Shown in pieces: positions 1 to 10,150 of a stretch of DNA of 64,000 nt; within the stretch, counting starts at the first letter, position 1; every line of letters begins with the position of its first letter. The stretch covers positions 96,001 to 160,000 of the forward strand of contig CBDFGR010000002.1 in the NCBI GenBank assembly GCA_965247115.1. The letters run 5' to 3'. The position numbers and the translations under genes were made by a program. The stretch is from Myxococcota bacterium (GTDB taxonomy: Bacteria > Myxococcota_A > UBA9160 > SZUA-336). A model generated the notes under the pieces. That model was not told the origin of the DNA. It saw only the letters and a program-made list of their open reading frames with translations, and did no database searches.

Positions 1-650
1 GGTCGGTCGCGATCGATGACCGACACCAGCTCTATCGCCCCACCAGATGGCGGGTTGCAGATCGCGCAGCGTACACCCCGGTCGGCGTCGACCGACGGTT
101 CGTCGATATCCATGGCGAACTTGTAGCCATATGCGGTTGCAGCGTCATCCAGATCGCGCACGGCGATGATCACTCGTGCGATTCCAGACAATCCTGGAGA
201 GTTGGAATCATCTGCGGGGTCTCGGTCCGGCGATCTCTTGAAGGAGTCCACGGGGTAGACCCGGATCAGGACGCCATGAGTCGAGTTGGGGTGAACGTCT
301 CGACCACCGGCGCCGGGCATGAGTGGAAGAACATTCAGTCCGCGGCCGGAAAGATCCACGGCTTCAGCGTTCGGATCCGGGGCTTCCAGCATGAGTGCGA
401 AAAGGCCCTCGCCCCGGCGGTCCAGAAAGCGTTGCAGGCTCTGGCTGAGAGGCGCAGCTGGGTCCGCGGGCGACATGAGCTCAATGTTGCTCCCGCCCTC
501 GGGCACACACATCGCCACCTTTGCCCCAAGGCTGGCGACGCTACTTTCGGACGCGTCGATGACTGGCATTCCCAGCTTGTCCCTGAAGGTGGCAACGGTC
601 GTTGGAAAATCGTTGACAGCAACTGCGATACGCGGCATGCCCGTGATCAC
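1..650 (-). CDS. VOC/glyoxalase-family protein (methylmalonyl-CoA epimerase-like, two domains); runs off the window edge
   Basis: Manual translation from GTG 650, which overlaps the RND stop: MITGMPRIAVAVNDF...IELMSPADPAAPLSQSLQRFLDRRGEGLF..., then a second RVIIAVRDLD repeat. Absent from the ORF track because there is no stop in the window. Confidence 0.8.
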   Translation of the reverse strand, partial: MITGMPRIAVAVNDFPTTVATFRDKLGMPVIDASESSVASLGAKVAMCVPEGGSNIELMSPADPAAPLSQSLQRFLDRRGEGLFALMLEAPDPNAEAVDLSGRGLNVLPLMPGAGGRDVHPNSTHGVLIRVYPVDSFKRSPDRDPADDSNSPGLSGIARVIIAVRDLDDAATAYGYKFAMDIDEPSVDADRGVRCAICNPPSGGAIELVSVIDRDR

Positions 651-3600
651 GGTGCGCTCCTCCTTTGTGGTGTGACAGCGACAGCGAGGGGTACCTCGGC
701 ATGGGCCGGGAGCTCGATGTCGAGCTTGACGGCCGGCGGAATGGTGGAGAAGCCCGCTCGCTCGGCGACTCGCGTGACAACGTAGTACACGACGGGCGTT
801 ACGAGTAGAGTGAACACCGTCGAGAAGAGCAGGCCGCCCACCACAACCGTGCCGATTGGCTGGCGGCTCTCGGCTCCCGCGCCGGTCGCGAGCATGAGGG
901 GCACGGCGCCCAGGATCGAGGTGGTGCTCGTCATGAGGATGGGGCGGAAGCGCGTCCGGCCGGCGGACGCGAGCGCGGCCAGGAGCTCCTTGCCGCGCGC
1001 CCGCTCCTGGTTGGCGAAGTCGACCAGCAGGATCGAGTTCTTCGTCACGAGACCCACGAGCAGAATAATCCCCACCTGGCTGTACAGGTTGAACGTGTTT
1101 CCGGTGATGTACAGCGCGAGCAGTGCCCCGAGCGATGCCAGCGGCACGCCGACCAGCACCGTCAGTGGGTGGACGAAGCTCTCGAACTGCGCCGCGAGCA
1201 CGAGATAGATCACCAGGAGCGCGATTCCAAACGTCGCAAACACCGCTCCCGATGACTCCACGTACTCACGCGAGATGCCGGAGAGCGCGGTCCCGAAGCC
1301 CTCGGGCAGCTCCTCGTCAACGATCTGTTGCACGGCGGGCAGGGTTTCGCCAAGCGTTGCGCCGGGGAGCAGGTTGGCCGTGATGGCGGCCGAGCGCTGC
1401 AGGTCGTAGTGGTTGAGCGACGTGGCGCCTGTCACGGCTTCGATGCGGATCACAGCGGACAACGGGACCATTGCCCCTTCGTAGCCCCGCACGTGAATCT
1501 CGCCGAGCTGCTCCGGCACGCTGCGAAACGTGCCGGCCAGAGACGTCACAACGTCGTACTGACGGTTGCGCAGCACGAACTCGTCCGAGGCGTTCTGCGA
1601 GACCAGCAGGCGCAGGCTATCGGCAACCGAGCTCACGCGCACGCCGATGTCGGCTGCGCGCTCGCGGTCGAACTCGATGTCGAGCTGCGGGTTGTCGAGC
1701 TTCAGGTCCGTGTCGACGTTGGTCAGGCCGGACACCCTGCGGACGCGTTCGAGAACGCGGTCGGTGACGGCGCGCAGGTCCGCCAGGTCGGCGTCCGAGC
1801 TCTTGAGGATGACGTGAATGTCGTTCTGGCGCATCTGCCCGAGCGACGGCGCCTGTACCGGAAGCACCAGGGCCTGCGGGATCGCAAGCAGGTCGGGGGT
1901 CACCTCTGCCACGATCTCCTGCTGTGATCGCGAGCGCTCGCCCCACGGTTTCATCCGCACGTAGAGCATGCCGTCCGCAGTGTTCGCGGGGCCCTGGAAG
2001 GTCGACGCGATCGTGGCGAAGAAGCCCTGCACCTCGGGGATCCGCGCCACTCGCTCCTCGGCCTGCGCAATTGCCTGAAACGTGTAGGCCGCGGTCGAGC
2101 CCTGGGGCGCCTTCACGAATGCCATCCAGTTCCCGCGGTCCTCGAGTGGTACGAGGGTTCGGGGGATCCGTTCGAACACCGCGTAGAGTCCGATGAGCGT
2201 CGCGAGCATGAAGATGCCTGAGACCATACGGTGTCGAAGGCTCCAGCCCAGTGCGGCCTGGTACGCTGCAGTGATACCGTGAAAGAGCGCCTCGATGCCT
2301 CGCGAGATCCGACCCGTCGAGCGGACCGACAGGTAGCGCGAGCACAGCATGGGGACCAGTGTCAGCGCTACAAATGTCGAGATGAGAATGGCCGCGGTCA
2401 TCGTCCCGGCAAACTCCCGGAAGAGGCGCCCGGTATTCCCTTGCATCATCGAGAGCGGAACGAGGACCGACACCACGGCGATGGTCGTGGCGATCACGGG
2501 GAAGCCCACCTCGCGTGCTCCGTTCAGCGCGGCGCGGACGTGCGCTTCTCCAGCTTCGCGGCGCCGATAGATGTTCTCCATGACGACGATCGAGTCGTCG
2601 ACGAGAAGGCCGATCGCCAGGACCATGGCAAGCAACGACAGCACGTTGATCGAAAAGTCGAGTACGAGAAGCACGGCCATGGTGCCAACGAGCGACACAG
2701 GGATCGCCACGGCGGTGATCGCTGTGGCCGTAGCGGAGTGCAGGAAGAACAGGTTCACGAGCACGACCAGGAAGAAGACGATCCCCAGTGTCTTGGCAAC
2801 TTGCTCGAGCGACGCCTCGACGAAGATGCTGCTGTCGATGGCGACGTCGAAGTGGACGCCCTCTGGCAGCGCTCGCTGCACCTCGGGGAGCCGATCTCGT
2901 ACGGCCTGGGCCACCTCGAGCTCGTTCGAACGCGATTGCCGGCTGACGCCGATGCCGACAATGGGCTCCTGGCTGTGGCGACTGACGTTCTGGTAGTCCT
3001 CAGCGCCGAGCTCCACCCAGCCCACGTCCCCGATGCGGATGGGGATGCCGTTCTCCTCTCGGATGACGATCTGCTCGTACTCGCGGGGGTCGTCCATGTG
3101 CCCGCGCACGTTGACCGTGAACTTGCGAGCCGCCGCCTCGATCTCGCCGGCGGGTACCTGGAGGTTGTTGGCGCGAATCGCGCGCTGTACATCGGCCGCA
3201 TCCACACTGTGGGCGGCCATCTCGACGGGATCCAGCCAGACTCGCATGGCCAGGCGCCGAGCCCCCGCGATCTCGATTCGCGCGACCCCCGGGATCATCT
3301 GGAGGATGGGGCGCACGATGCGATCCGCCATGTCGGTGCGGTCGACGGAGGAGTAGCCCTTGCCTTTCAGCGCGATCCAGATGCTTCCAGACCCGTTCGC
3401 ACTCGCCTTCGTGATGATGGGGCGCTGGACCCCGTCAGGGAGCTGGCCGAGCACGCGCTGCAGCGCGTTCGACACGTCAGTCGACGCCAGGTCGATATCG
3501 CGGCCCGCGTCGAACTGGATGTTGATGAAGCTCATCCCGAACGCGCTGGTCGACTCGAGGCTGTGGATGTCGTCCACCGTGTTCAGCACCTGCTCGAGCG

Positions 3601-3796
3601 GCTCGGTGACGATGGCCTCGACCGTCTCCGGACTTGCGCCGGGGTAGAGGGTCCGCACCGAGACCACCGGCCGTTCCACGTCGGGGTACTCCCGGATCGG
3701 GAGCGCGCGAAACGCGATGACGCCCGCCACCACGATCAGCAGGTTCAGGACGGTCGCGAGGACGGGTCGTTCGATGGAGACGTCAGAAAGCCGCAC
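647..3796 (-). CDS. RND efflux transporter permease subunit (AcrB/HAE1-like)
   Basis: LSDVSIERPVLATV start; LPIREYPDV, AIGLLVDDSIVVMEN, GLVTKNSILLVDFA and RFRPILMT motifs. Start moved to GTG 3796, overlapping the adaptor stop. Confidence 0.95.
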   Translation of the reverse strand: MRLSDVSIERPVLATVLNLLIVVAGVIAFRALPIREYPDVERPVVSVRTLYPGASPETVEAIVTEPLEQVLNTVDDIHSLESTSAFGMSFINIQFDAGRDIDLASTDVSNALQRVLGQLPDGVQRPIITKASANGSGSIWIALKGKGYSSVDRTDMADRIVRPILQMIPGVARIEIAGARRLAMRVWLDPVEMAAHSVDAADVQRAIRANNLQVPAGEIEAAARKFTVNVRGHMDDPREYEQIVIREENGIPIRIGDVGWVELGAEDYQNVSRHSQEPIVGIGVSRQSRSNELEVAQAVRDRLPEVQRALPEGVHFDVAIDSSIFVEASLEQVAKTLGIVFFLVVLVNLFFLHSATATAITAVAIPVSLVGTMAVLLVLDFSINVLSLLAMVLAIGLLVDDSIVVMENIYRRREAGEAHVRAALNGAREVGFPVIATTIAVVSVLVPLSMMQGNTGRLFREFAGTMTAAILISTFVALTLVPMLCSRYLSVRSTGRISRGIEALFHGITAAYQAALGWSLRHRMVSGIFMLATLIGLYAVFERIPRTLVPLEDRGNWMAFVKAPQGSTAAYTFQAIAQAEERVARIPEVQGFFATIASTFQGPANTADGMLYVRMKPWGERSRSQQEIVAEVTPDLLAIPQALVLPVQAPSLGQMRQNDIHVILKSSDADLADLRAVTDRVLERVRRVSGLTNVDTDLKLDNPQLDIEFDRERAADIGVRVSSVADSLRLLVSQNASDEFVLRNRQYDVVTSLAGTFRSVPEQLGEIHVRGYEGAMVPLSAVIRIEAVTGATSLNHYDLQRSAAITANLLPGATLGETLPAVQQIVDEELPEGFGTALSGISREYVESSGAVFATFGIALLVIYLVLAAQFESFVHPLTVLVGVPLASLGALLALYITGNTFNLYSQVGIILLVGLVTKNSILLVDFANQERARGKELLAALASAGRTRFRPILMTSTTSILGAVPLMLATGAGAESRQPIGTVVVGGLLFSTVFTLLVTPVVYYVVTRVAERAGFSTIPPAVKLDIELPAHAEVPLAVAVTPQRRSAP

Positions 3797-4913
3797 CGCG
3801 CGTCCTGCAATCCGCCGTGGGTCCGTACCAGCCCAGCTCGAGGAGCTGGTTCTCGGTCGGCGTGTGGGGCTGGGGAGCTGCGAGCGTACCCCCCCGGAGC
3901 TTCTGGTGGCCGGCCACGACCACTGTCGCGCCACGCTCCAGGCCCGCGGTCACGTGGACGCCGTCCACGAAGTAGTCGCCGAGCTGCACCTCCTTTTGCG
4001 CGGCGATCCCGCCGTCGTCCAGCGTGTAGATGAGGAACTTGGTGCCGAAGCGGACGATCGCCTCCTGCGGAACGACGAGCGCCCCGGGGTACATGTCGAC
4101 GAGAAGCCGCACGCGGGTGGACATGCCGGGCCACAGCTCGCCGCCGGGATTGGGGATGGTGGCCCGCAAGCGCAGCCGTCGCGTCCGGGAGTCGACCTGG
4201 GGATCGATCGCGTCCACGCGGCCCTCGAAGCGCATGCCGCAAAGCCCGACAGTGCCGAGAACGCGCTGGCCGAGCGCGATGAGCGCGGCGTGGCGCTGGG
4301 GAATGGCGAACTCGAGCTGGAGCGGGTCGGTGCGGGTGATCTCGACGATCCGGTCTCCGGCTTCCAGGTACTGGCCGCGATTCACCTGCCGCAGGCCGAG
4401 CACACCGGCGAACGGAGCGTGGATGCGCGTCTTCTCCAGACGGGTCTGCGCCTCCCGCAGCGCGCCGCTGGCCGCGTCGAGCTGTGCTCGAGCTTCGTCG
4501 GCCGCCTGCTCGGACGCCACGCTGGCCGCCCGCAGCGAGCTCGTGCGGCTCTGCCGGTACTCGGCGCTCTGGAAGCGGGCGCGCGCCACGGCGGTGGCTG
4601 CCTGGGCTTCGGCGTCGTCGAGCGCGGCCAGGAAGTGCCCGGTCTCGACCGCCCGACCCTCCGGAATGTCGAAGTCCGTCACGGTGCCCGCGATCTCGCT
4701 GGCGACGACTGTCGTCTCCGGACTCGAGAGTGCGCCTACGGCCGGCAGCACACGCGGCAGGTCTAGCGGCGCTGCGGTGACCACGTGGACCAGGATTGCG
4801 GGTCCCACTGTCTCCTGCGGACTCCCGCGAGACTCCGAGCCGCACGCCGTGAGAAGGAGCAGCGCACAGATGCCCGGCCAGGGGCTGATCAAGGCGACCA
4901 GAACGGCCCTCAT
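3783..4913 (-). CDS. RND efflux periplasmic adaptor (membrane fusion) lipoprotein
   Basis: Lipobox LTAC; IHAPFAGVLGLRQVNRGQY and IDPQVDSRTR motifs; directly upstream of the RND permease. Confidence 0.95.
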   Translation of the reverse strand: MRAVLVALISPWPGICALLLLTACGSESRGSPQETVGPAILVHVVTAAPLDLPRVLPAVGALSSPETTVVASEIAGTVTDFDIPEGRAVETGHFLAALDDAEAQAATAVARARFQSAEYRQSRTSSLRAASVASEQAADEARAQLDAASGALREAQTRLEKTRIHAPFAGVLGLRQVNRGQYLEAGDRIVEITRTDPLQLEFAIPQRHAALIALGQRVLGTVGLCGMRFEGRVDAIDPQVDSRTRRLRLRATIPNPGGELWPGMSTRVRLLVDMYPGALVVPQEAIVRFGTKFLIYTLDDGGIAAQKEVQLGDYFVDGVHVTAGLERGATVVVAGHQKLRGGTLAAPQPHTPTENQLLELGWYGPTADCRTRGAAF

Positions 4914-5072
4914 GCCGGCCCTGCCGGTCCGAGAACTCGGCCGAACGCCTCGCGAACACCGGGGGCAAGCCGGGTGAGAGGTTGGCTCGGGTCGCTGTAC
5001 AGGGCGTGCTCCGCAGCGTTCGTGAGTAGACTTAGCAGTCTGAGCAGACCGAGCCTACCAGCTTGGGCGCTC

Positions 5073-5468
5073 TCAGTGCACGGTGTCGCTGCCCGCCGGA
5101 TCGACGGGCTCGGGCTGGGGGCCGGCCTGGTGATGCACCAGCTTCCAGGTCCCGCCCTCGCGGGCGAATACATTGGTGGCGACCAGGGTGCCGCCCTCGA
5201 GACGTTCGCTGCAGATCACGAACCCGCAGTCACCGAAGACGTAGGCGCGCGCGCCGAAGCAGGCGATCCGCGGAGGCTGGCCCTCCATGATGCTCTTCCA
5301 GCTCGCGATGACGGACTCGCGCCCCTGGAGGGGTGCCCAACCGGGGTGGATGCAGGCCACAGGGGCATGGGCGGCCCAGACCGCGGCCAGAGCTTCAAGG
5401 TCGCGCTGATCAAACGCGCGATAGAAGGCGTCATTCGCGTTCAGAATTGCCTCTTCGTCGGCGGGCAC
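5073..5468 (-). CDS. NTF2/SnoaL-like family protein
   Basis: ANDAFYRAF...CIHPGW...ATNVF...WKLVHH signature. Confidence 0.85.
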   Translation of the reverse strand: MPADEEAILNANDAFYRAFDQRDLEALAAVWAAHAPVACIHPGWAPLQGRESVIASWKSIMEGQPPRIACFGARAYVFGDCGFVICSERLEGGTLVATNVFAREGGTWKLVHHQAGPQPEPVDPAGSDTVH

Positions 5469-5529
5469 AGCAGCGCTTCTCGTAGTTCGGTCCGGCGCCT
5501 AGTCTACCAGCTGCCTTGAGCCAGTCCCG

Positions 5530-6156
5530 CTACTCCAGCTCCAGCTCAGCCTGGTAGGCGTAGAGCTCTCCCTCACGCTGAGTGCGCACGACGATCAGAT
5601 CTTCGATCTCTGCGTGGAGTTGTCCGCGCGTCTCCGACAGCTCTTTGATCTGCCCCAGCAGGACGAGACGTTGCTCGCTCGTGGCTTCATCGCTGATGAG
5701 GGCTGCTTCTCTGGCCACCAGGTCCTGCTTGACCTGCTCCAGCGCTCTCTTCTTGTAGCTGATCTGCCCGTTTGCACTGGCGACGCTCGCTCTGAGCTGC
5801 CGAAGATGGTGGCCCGCGTTGTAGGCATCCAGGAAGTCCGCTTCCAGGTCAGCGGGGCATACGCCTGCGTACCGGGCGCCGCTGCTCCCGAGTGCGAAGG
5901 CCTTGGTCGGTTGACAGTACTCCTGCAGTCCCTCTGACCGACCCTGTTGATAGGCAGCAAGATCGGGCGCGATCCCATGCTTGGCACACGCCTTGCGGTG
6001 CCGCGCGAGATGCTGCGATCCGTAGCCCCGCGCGCCATCTTCGTAGCCGATCATCTGCCAGTCGCTGACCAGGCATTCGGCCTTGTTCATGGAAGCACAG
6101 CCAAAGAGCGCCAGACCACAAACTCCAACAAGCAAGACTCTAGACGTTTTCACCAC
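5530..6156 (-). CDS. DUF2799-like lipoprotein
   Basis: Lipobox LFGC; ECLVSDWQMIGYEDG...Y..G...G...YC pattern; C-terminal coiled coil. Confidence 0.75.
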   Translation of the reverse strand: MVKTSRVLLVGVCGLALFGCASMNKAECLVSDWQMIGYEDGARGYGSQHLARHRKACAKHGIAPDLAAYQQGRSEGLQEYCQPTKAFALGSSGARYAGVCPADLEADFLDAYNAGHHLRQLRASVASANGQISYKKRALEQVKQDLVAREAALISDEATSEQRLVLLGQIKELSETRGQLHAEIEDLIVVRTQREGELYAYQAELELE

Positions 6157-6307
6157 GCACCCTTCCTTCTCTGAGAAGAACTACGGCATTTCCACAGCGC
6201 TTTTCGAGTCGGAGAGGTAGCCGCGGCGCGCCCGGGCACGTCTGGCGGGCAAGTCACAGTGGTGGCCAGGGTCCAGAAAGGGCTGGCCGCGAGCCGAGCC
6301 GGATCGA

Positions 6308-6961
6308 TCAGTCCGCCACGAAGCAGTAGAACAGGCCGTTCCCGCCCGTACCCACCAGATCGCTCTGGCTGCACCCTCTGGAGCCATGCGCGGAGTTCCA
6401 TGACGTTGGGTTGGGACCACCGCCGGTTCGGTCGTGATGACCGACCTGAGCGCTGCCCTCTCCGCTGCTCGTCCAGTTCTTGCAGGTCTTGTCGTCATCA
6501 CCTGGGAAGACCGTTCCGTCGAGCTGTGAGCCGGTCAGGATGTCGTGCATGTTGGGACTATCGCCCCGACCGTTGACCATCTTGCCGTTCTCGTCGAGCG
6601 ACGTCTCTTTACCGAGGTTGTTGTCGTCGCCGTGTAGATCATCGACGTCTCTGGCGACCTCCACGCCCGAGGTGTTGTGCCAGGGGCCCTTCCCGATCCG
6701 GTCACGGGCGTTGACTGCGGCTCCGTCGGCCGAAGCACTTGCGCTCAGATAGGCGCGCCAGGTGCGATCGCCGGCCCCGGCTGCTTCCGCCAGCTTCTGG
6801 CAGTGAGCGTCGGCTCCCATGAGGCCACCGAGTGCGGCCCCGTTGCCCGGCCCTGCGCTCGTGATGAAGAAGCTCATGGATGCCGCCGCGGGAGCGTCCT
6901 GCGCGAGCAACGCGTGCAATCCCAGTACAGACAGCACGCTGACGAGAGCAAAGATTCTCAT
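6308..6961 (-). CDS. Secreted lectin/endostatin-like (C-type-lectin fold) protein
   Basis: Signal peptide; MSFFITS...LGGL.GADAHCQ.LA...WRAYLS...GLFYCF family motifs. Confidence 0.75.
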   Translation of the reverse strand: MRIFALVSVLSVLGLHALLAQDAPAAASMSFFITSAGPGNGAALGGLMGADAHCQKLAEAAGAGDRTWRAYLSASASADGAAVNARDRIGKGPWHNTSGVEVARDVDDLHGDDNNLGKETSLDENGKMVNGRGDSPNMHDILTGSQLDGTVFPGDDDKTCKNWTSSGEGSAQVGHHDRTGGGPNPTSWNSAHGSRGCSQSDLVGTGGNGLFYCFVAD

Positions 6962-7116
6962 GTGGTGACCCTCCCGGCGGTTCGACAAAGCCCGTGATTG
7001 GAGGCCAACCCTACCATCTAAGCACCTGGGATCTCGAGGGATTTTGAACCGTTCAGGTCACCTCGATCACAACCGATGGCACGAAGGGGCACGTGAGAGC
7101 AGTCGAGAGGGACGCC

Positions 7117-9351
7117 ATGCGCGAGCTGGACAACCAGGGCGGATTTGTCCTCGTCGCCATCGTGATGGCGCTCGCAATTGTTGGCGCCGTTGCCTTCCTG
7201 CTGAATCGCGAGGGCAGTATGGGAGTCAGGCTGGCAGGGAGCTCCTTCGAGGCCACCCAGGCGCGCTATGTGGCCGAAGCAGGCCTCGAGCATGAGCGCT
7301 GGCGGCTCAACCAGGCGGGCTGTGTCGCGTACACGAACCTCCCCAGCACAGCGCTCGGGAACGACAGCTACAGCGCGACGGTCGCGAGTACCAGTGGCTC
7401 GCCTGTGACGATTACAGGCACCGGGACCCTCGTCACTGGTGCATCTCACCAGCTGCGCCGAAGCGGCGTCCCGATCTTCGGCGACCTGCGAACCGACTCC
7501 ATCCGGCCGACCTCGGGCGGGATCCGCGACACCTACCTCGCAGACGGAGCTCTCAGCAACACCGCCTTCGGTGGGAGTCCGGATCTGGTGGCCAGCGATG
7601 CGACAAGCGTGGACCGCGCACTCATCCGCTTCGATCTCTCGAACCTGCCCACCACCACGCGAGTGACCTCCGCCATCCTGGAGCTCGAGCTGGAGGACAT
7701 CGCGTTCGGAGGTGCAGGGAGCGCGCGGGTGCACAGGGCGACTGGCCGCTGGAGGGAGTCGGAGGCGACCTGGAACGAGCGCCGGAGCGGCGCGACGTGG
7801 ACCACTCCCGGTGGAGACTACGACCCGCAGATCGAGGCAAGCACGGACATCGACGTGGCCCAGCTCGGGTCGACGCAGTGGGATGTCACGCCCCTCACCG
7901 CGAGCTGGGTGCGTGGGACAAACCCGAACCACGGGCTGCTGTTGGCCGTGAGTCCCGGCATAGACGGTGCCAGCTTCTCGAGCGGCGATCGGGTGTGTGG
8001 GCAACACCCGAAGCTCACGGTGACCTATAGCTGCGAGTGCGGACAGCCGTGCCAGCTCGTAGAAGCACTCGGTCAGACCTGCGCCTGGGACAGCCTACCC
8101 AATGCCAATGCCGCCGAGTTCTCCACCGCTGGCGGCGGGGACATCTGGGATATCACCTTCCTGCCCGAGTGCGGGGCGTTCAACGCTGTCGCGGCCCCGG
8201 CCGACGGTGCCTGGCTGGGAGTGGACTACTCGAGCAGCACGGTCTACATGGTCGACATGGCGGGCAACCTGCTCACGAGCCTCGTGGTAGCCCCGCAGCA
8301 CATCCTGGGCATCGAGCTCGTTCCGTCGGGGGCGTGGGTCGACCATCTCGCGCTCGCAGACGAGAGCGATCAAGCGGTCTACTACGTGGACCTCGCTGGC
8401 AACGTCCAGGGCTCCTTCTCGACCTCGGGCTTTTCGCAGCACCCGGTCGGAGTCGCATTCATCCAGAGCTCCGCCACCGGGATCTACGATGGGCATCTCG
8501 CGATCAGCAGCGACAAGGACGGGTTCGGCACGAGTAGCTCGGCGGTCTACGTCGTAGATCAGGCGGGCTCCCTGAAGATAGCGATCGACCTCTCGGCACT
8601 CACACCGGAGCCATGGGGTGTCACGCATCTACCTGGAACTGACCGCCTGCTTGTGGCAGCAAAGGACGGCTGGGTGTACATGATCGACTTCACGGGAGCG
8701 CTCATAGCGCAATACGACGCCGCGGCCTTCGGCGCGACCCAGGTCCAGGGCATCGCTGTCAACCCCTTGACGGGTGACCACGTCGTGAATGATCACGACA
8801 CCGCAACGGTTAAGTACCTGAACTCCTTTGCCAGCGGCTATCGCGACGAGTTCAACGACAACCCTCCCTCTTACGCCGGAAACGATGGCGCTCTGACCTG
8901 GAGCAACGACTGGCAGGAGCTGGGCGAGAACGATGGCGCCAATCAGGGCAGCGTAACGGTCAGTGGAGGCTCGCGGTGCGCTTCGTCGAGATGCCTCCGC
9001 ATCGGTGCGAACGGGGCCAGCATCGTCGATCGAGGAGTGAGCCGCGAGGCGGATCTGTCGGGATTTGCCCGTGCGAATCTCAGCTTCAGCTACAGGCGCC
9101 GGAAGCTCAGAGACGGGGTGGGGAGTGTCACGCTGGCCGTCTCCCGCGATGCGGGCCTGAACTGGACGGATCTCGCCACGTACGACATTGACGCGGGAAG
9201 CGACTCGGGTCAGGTCCTGCAGGCCTTCGACATCACCCCGCACATGGGGCCCAGCACGCAGATTCGCTTCCTGGGCTCGGGCAACAACGCCGAAGGGTAC
9301 GTCCGCTTCGACGACATCGACATCGCGTCGGCAGGTTGCGGCGGGTCCTGA
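7117..9351 (+). CDS. PilX-like N-terminus protein with DNRLRE domain, beta-propeller repeats and C-terminal jelly-roll domain
   Basis: G|FVLVA prepilin-like site lacking Glu5; QARYVAEAGLE; DTYL...RALIRFDL...ATWN...NHGLLL...PKLTVTY. Confidence 0.75.
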   Translation: MRELDNQGGFVLVAIVMALAIVGAVAFLLNREGSMGVRLAGSSFEATQARYVAEAGLEHERWRLNQAGCVAYTNLPSTALGNDSYSATVASTSGSPVTITGTGTLVTGASHQLRRSGVPIFGDLRTDSIRPTSGGIRDTYLADGALSNTAFGGSPDLVASDATSVDRALIRFDLSNLPTTTRVTSAILELELEDIAFGGAGSARVHRATGRWRESEATWNERRSGATWTTPGGDYDPQIEASTDIDVAQLGSTQWDVTPLTASWVRGTNPNHGLLLAVSPGIDGASFSSGDRVCGQHPKLTVTYSCECGQPCQLVEALGQTCAWDSLPNANAAEFSTAGGGDIWDITFLPECGAFNAVAAPADGAWLGVDYSSSTVYMVDMAGNLLTSLVVAPQHILGIELVPSGAWVDHLALADESDQAVYYVDLAGNVQGSFSTSGFSQHPVGVAFIQSSATGIYDGHLAISSDKDGFGTSSSAVYVVDQAGSLKIAIDLSALTPEPWGVTHLPGTDRLLVAAKDGWVYMIDFTGALIAQYDAAAFGATQVQGIAVNPLTGDHVVNDHDTATVKYLNSFASGYRDEFNDNPPSYAGNDGALTWSNDWQELGENDGANQGSVTVSGGSRCASSRCLRIGANGASIVDRGVSREADLSGFARANLSFSYRRRKLRDGVGSVTLAVSRDAGLNWTDLATYDIDAGSDSGQVLQAFDITPHMGPSTQIRFLGSGNNAEGYVRFDDIDIASAGCGGS

Positions 9352-9394
9352 CGCTGGCTGCCGTCGCACCCTCACGTCGCACGCTGCGCTCGCC

Positions 9395-10150
9395 TCAGCG
9401 GTAGTCCTCTGCGCGGTCTTGCGGCTCGAAGCCCAGGACCTTGCGCGGATGTTCCAGGTCGCGGTAGCTCCACTTGTTGTCCGAGAGCACGAAATAGATG
9501 TCGTAGCGGAGAGCACCGGGGGCACTGAGCGAGCGTTCGATCGCGTCGAGGACGTCGCGCTGGCTGCACCAGACGGAGAAGTGGCGCAGCTTGGCGGGCC
9601 GGTCCTGCGCGTTTACGAAGCCGATGCGAAGGCAGAGAACCGACAGCTCGCCGGTGTCTGCAAAGCGCCGGCCAAGCGCCTCCGCAAATACCTTGGTGCT
9701 GGCGTAGATGCCGATGGGACGCGTGGCCATCGTGTGATCGATGCAGGTCCAGCCCTCCGGGACGTCGTCGTAGCGACCTTCGACGATCGCACGGTATGGC
9801 TCTTCCCGCTCCCAGCCAGCCACTGTTGCGCCACTGCTCGCGAGGATCACGCGCTTTACGCCGGCCTGGCGCGCCGCTTCCAGTACGTTGTACGTGCCGA
9901 CAATGTTCGTCTCCAGAAACTCGTCCCAGGTGAACTGATCGCCGGACTTGCCCCCGAGGTGCACCACCACATCCTGGCCCTCGAAGGCCGGACGGATAGC
10001 ATCGAGATTCGAGAGATCCGCCCGAAAGGTGTGCACGCCGGGCACCACACTGCGGTTCAGCGCCGCGAGCTCGTACCGCCCTTCGAGCCGCGCGCGTAGC
10101 GCGCCCCCGATCAGGCCGCTCATGCCGGTCACGAGAACTCTCTGCGTCAC
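9395..10150 (-). CDS. NAD-dependent epimerase/dehydratase (uronate dehydrogenase-like SDR)
   Basis: VLVTGMSGLIG, YASTK and LRIG motifs; GTG start overlaps the upstream stop. Confidence 0.85.
   Translation of the reverse strand: MTQRVLVTGMSGLIGGALRARLEGRYELAALNRSVVPGVHTFRADLSNLDAIRPAFEGQDVVVHLGGKSGDQFTWDEFLETNIVGTYNVLEAARQAGVKRVILASSGATVAGWEREEPYRAIVEGRYDDVPEGWTCIDHTMATRPIGIYASTKVFAEALGRRFADTGELSVLCLRIGFVNAQDRPAKLRHFSVWCSQRDVLDAIERSLSAPGALRYDIYFVLSDNKWSYRDLEHPRKVLGFEPQDRAEDYR

Noticed and set aside
276..785. Plus-strand ORFs at the window start
   Set aside because: The real gene is the minus-strand VOC protein starting at 650.
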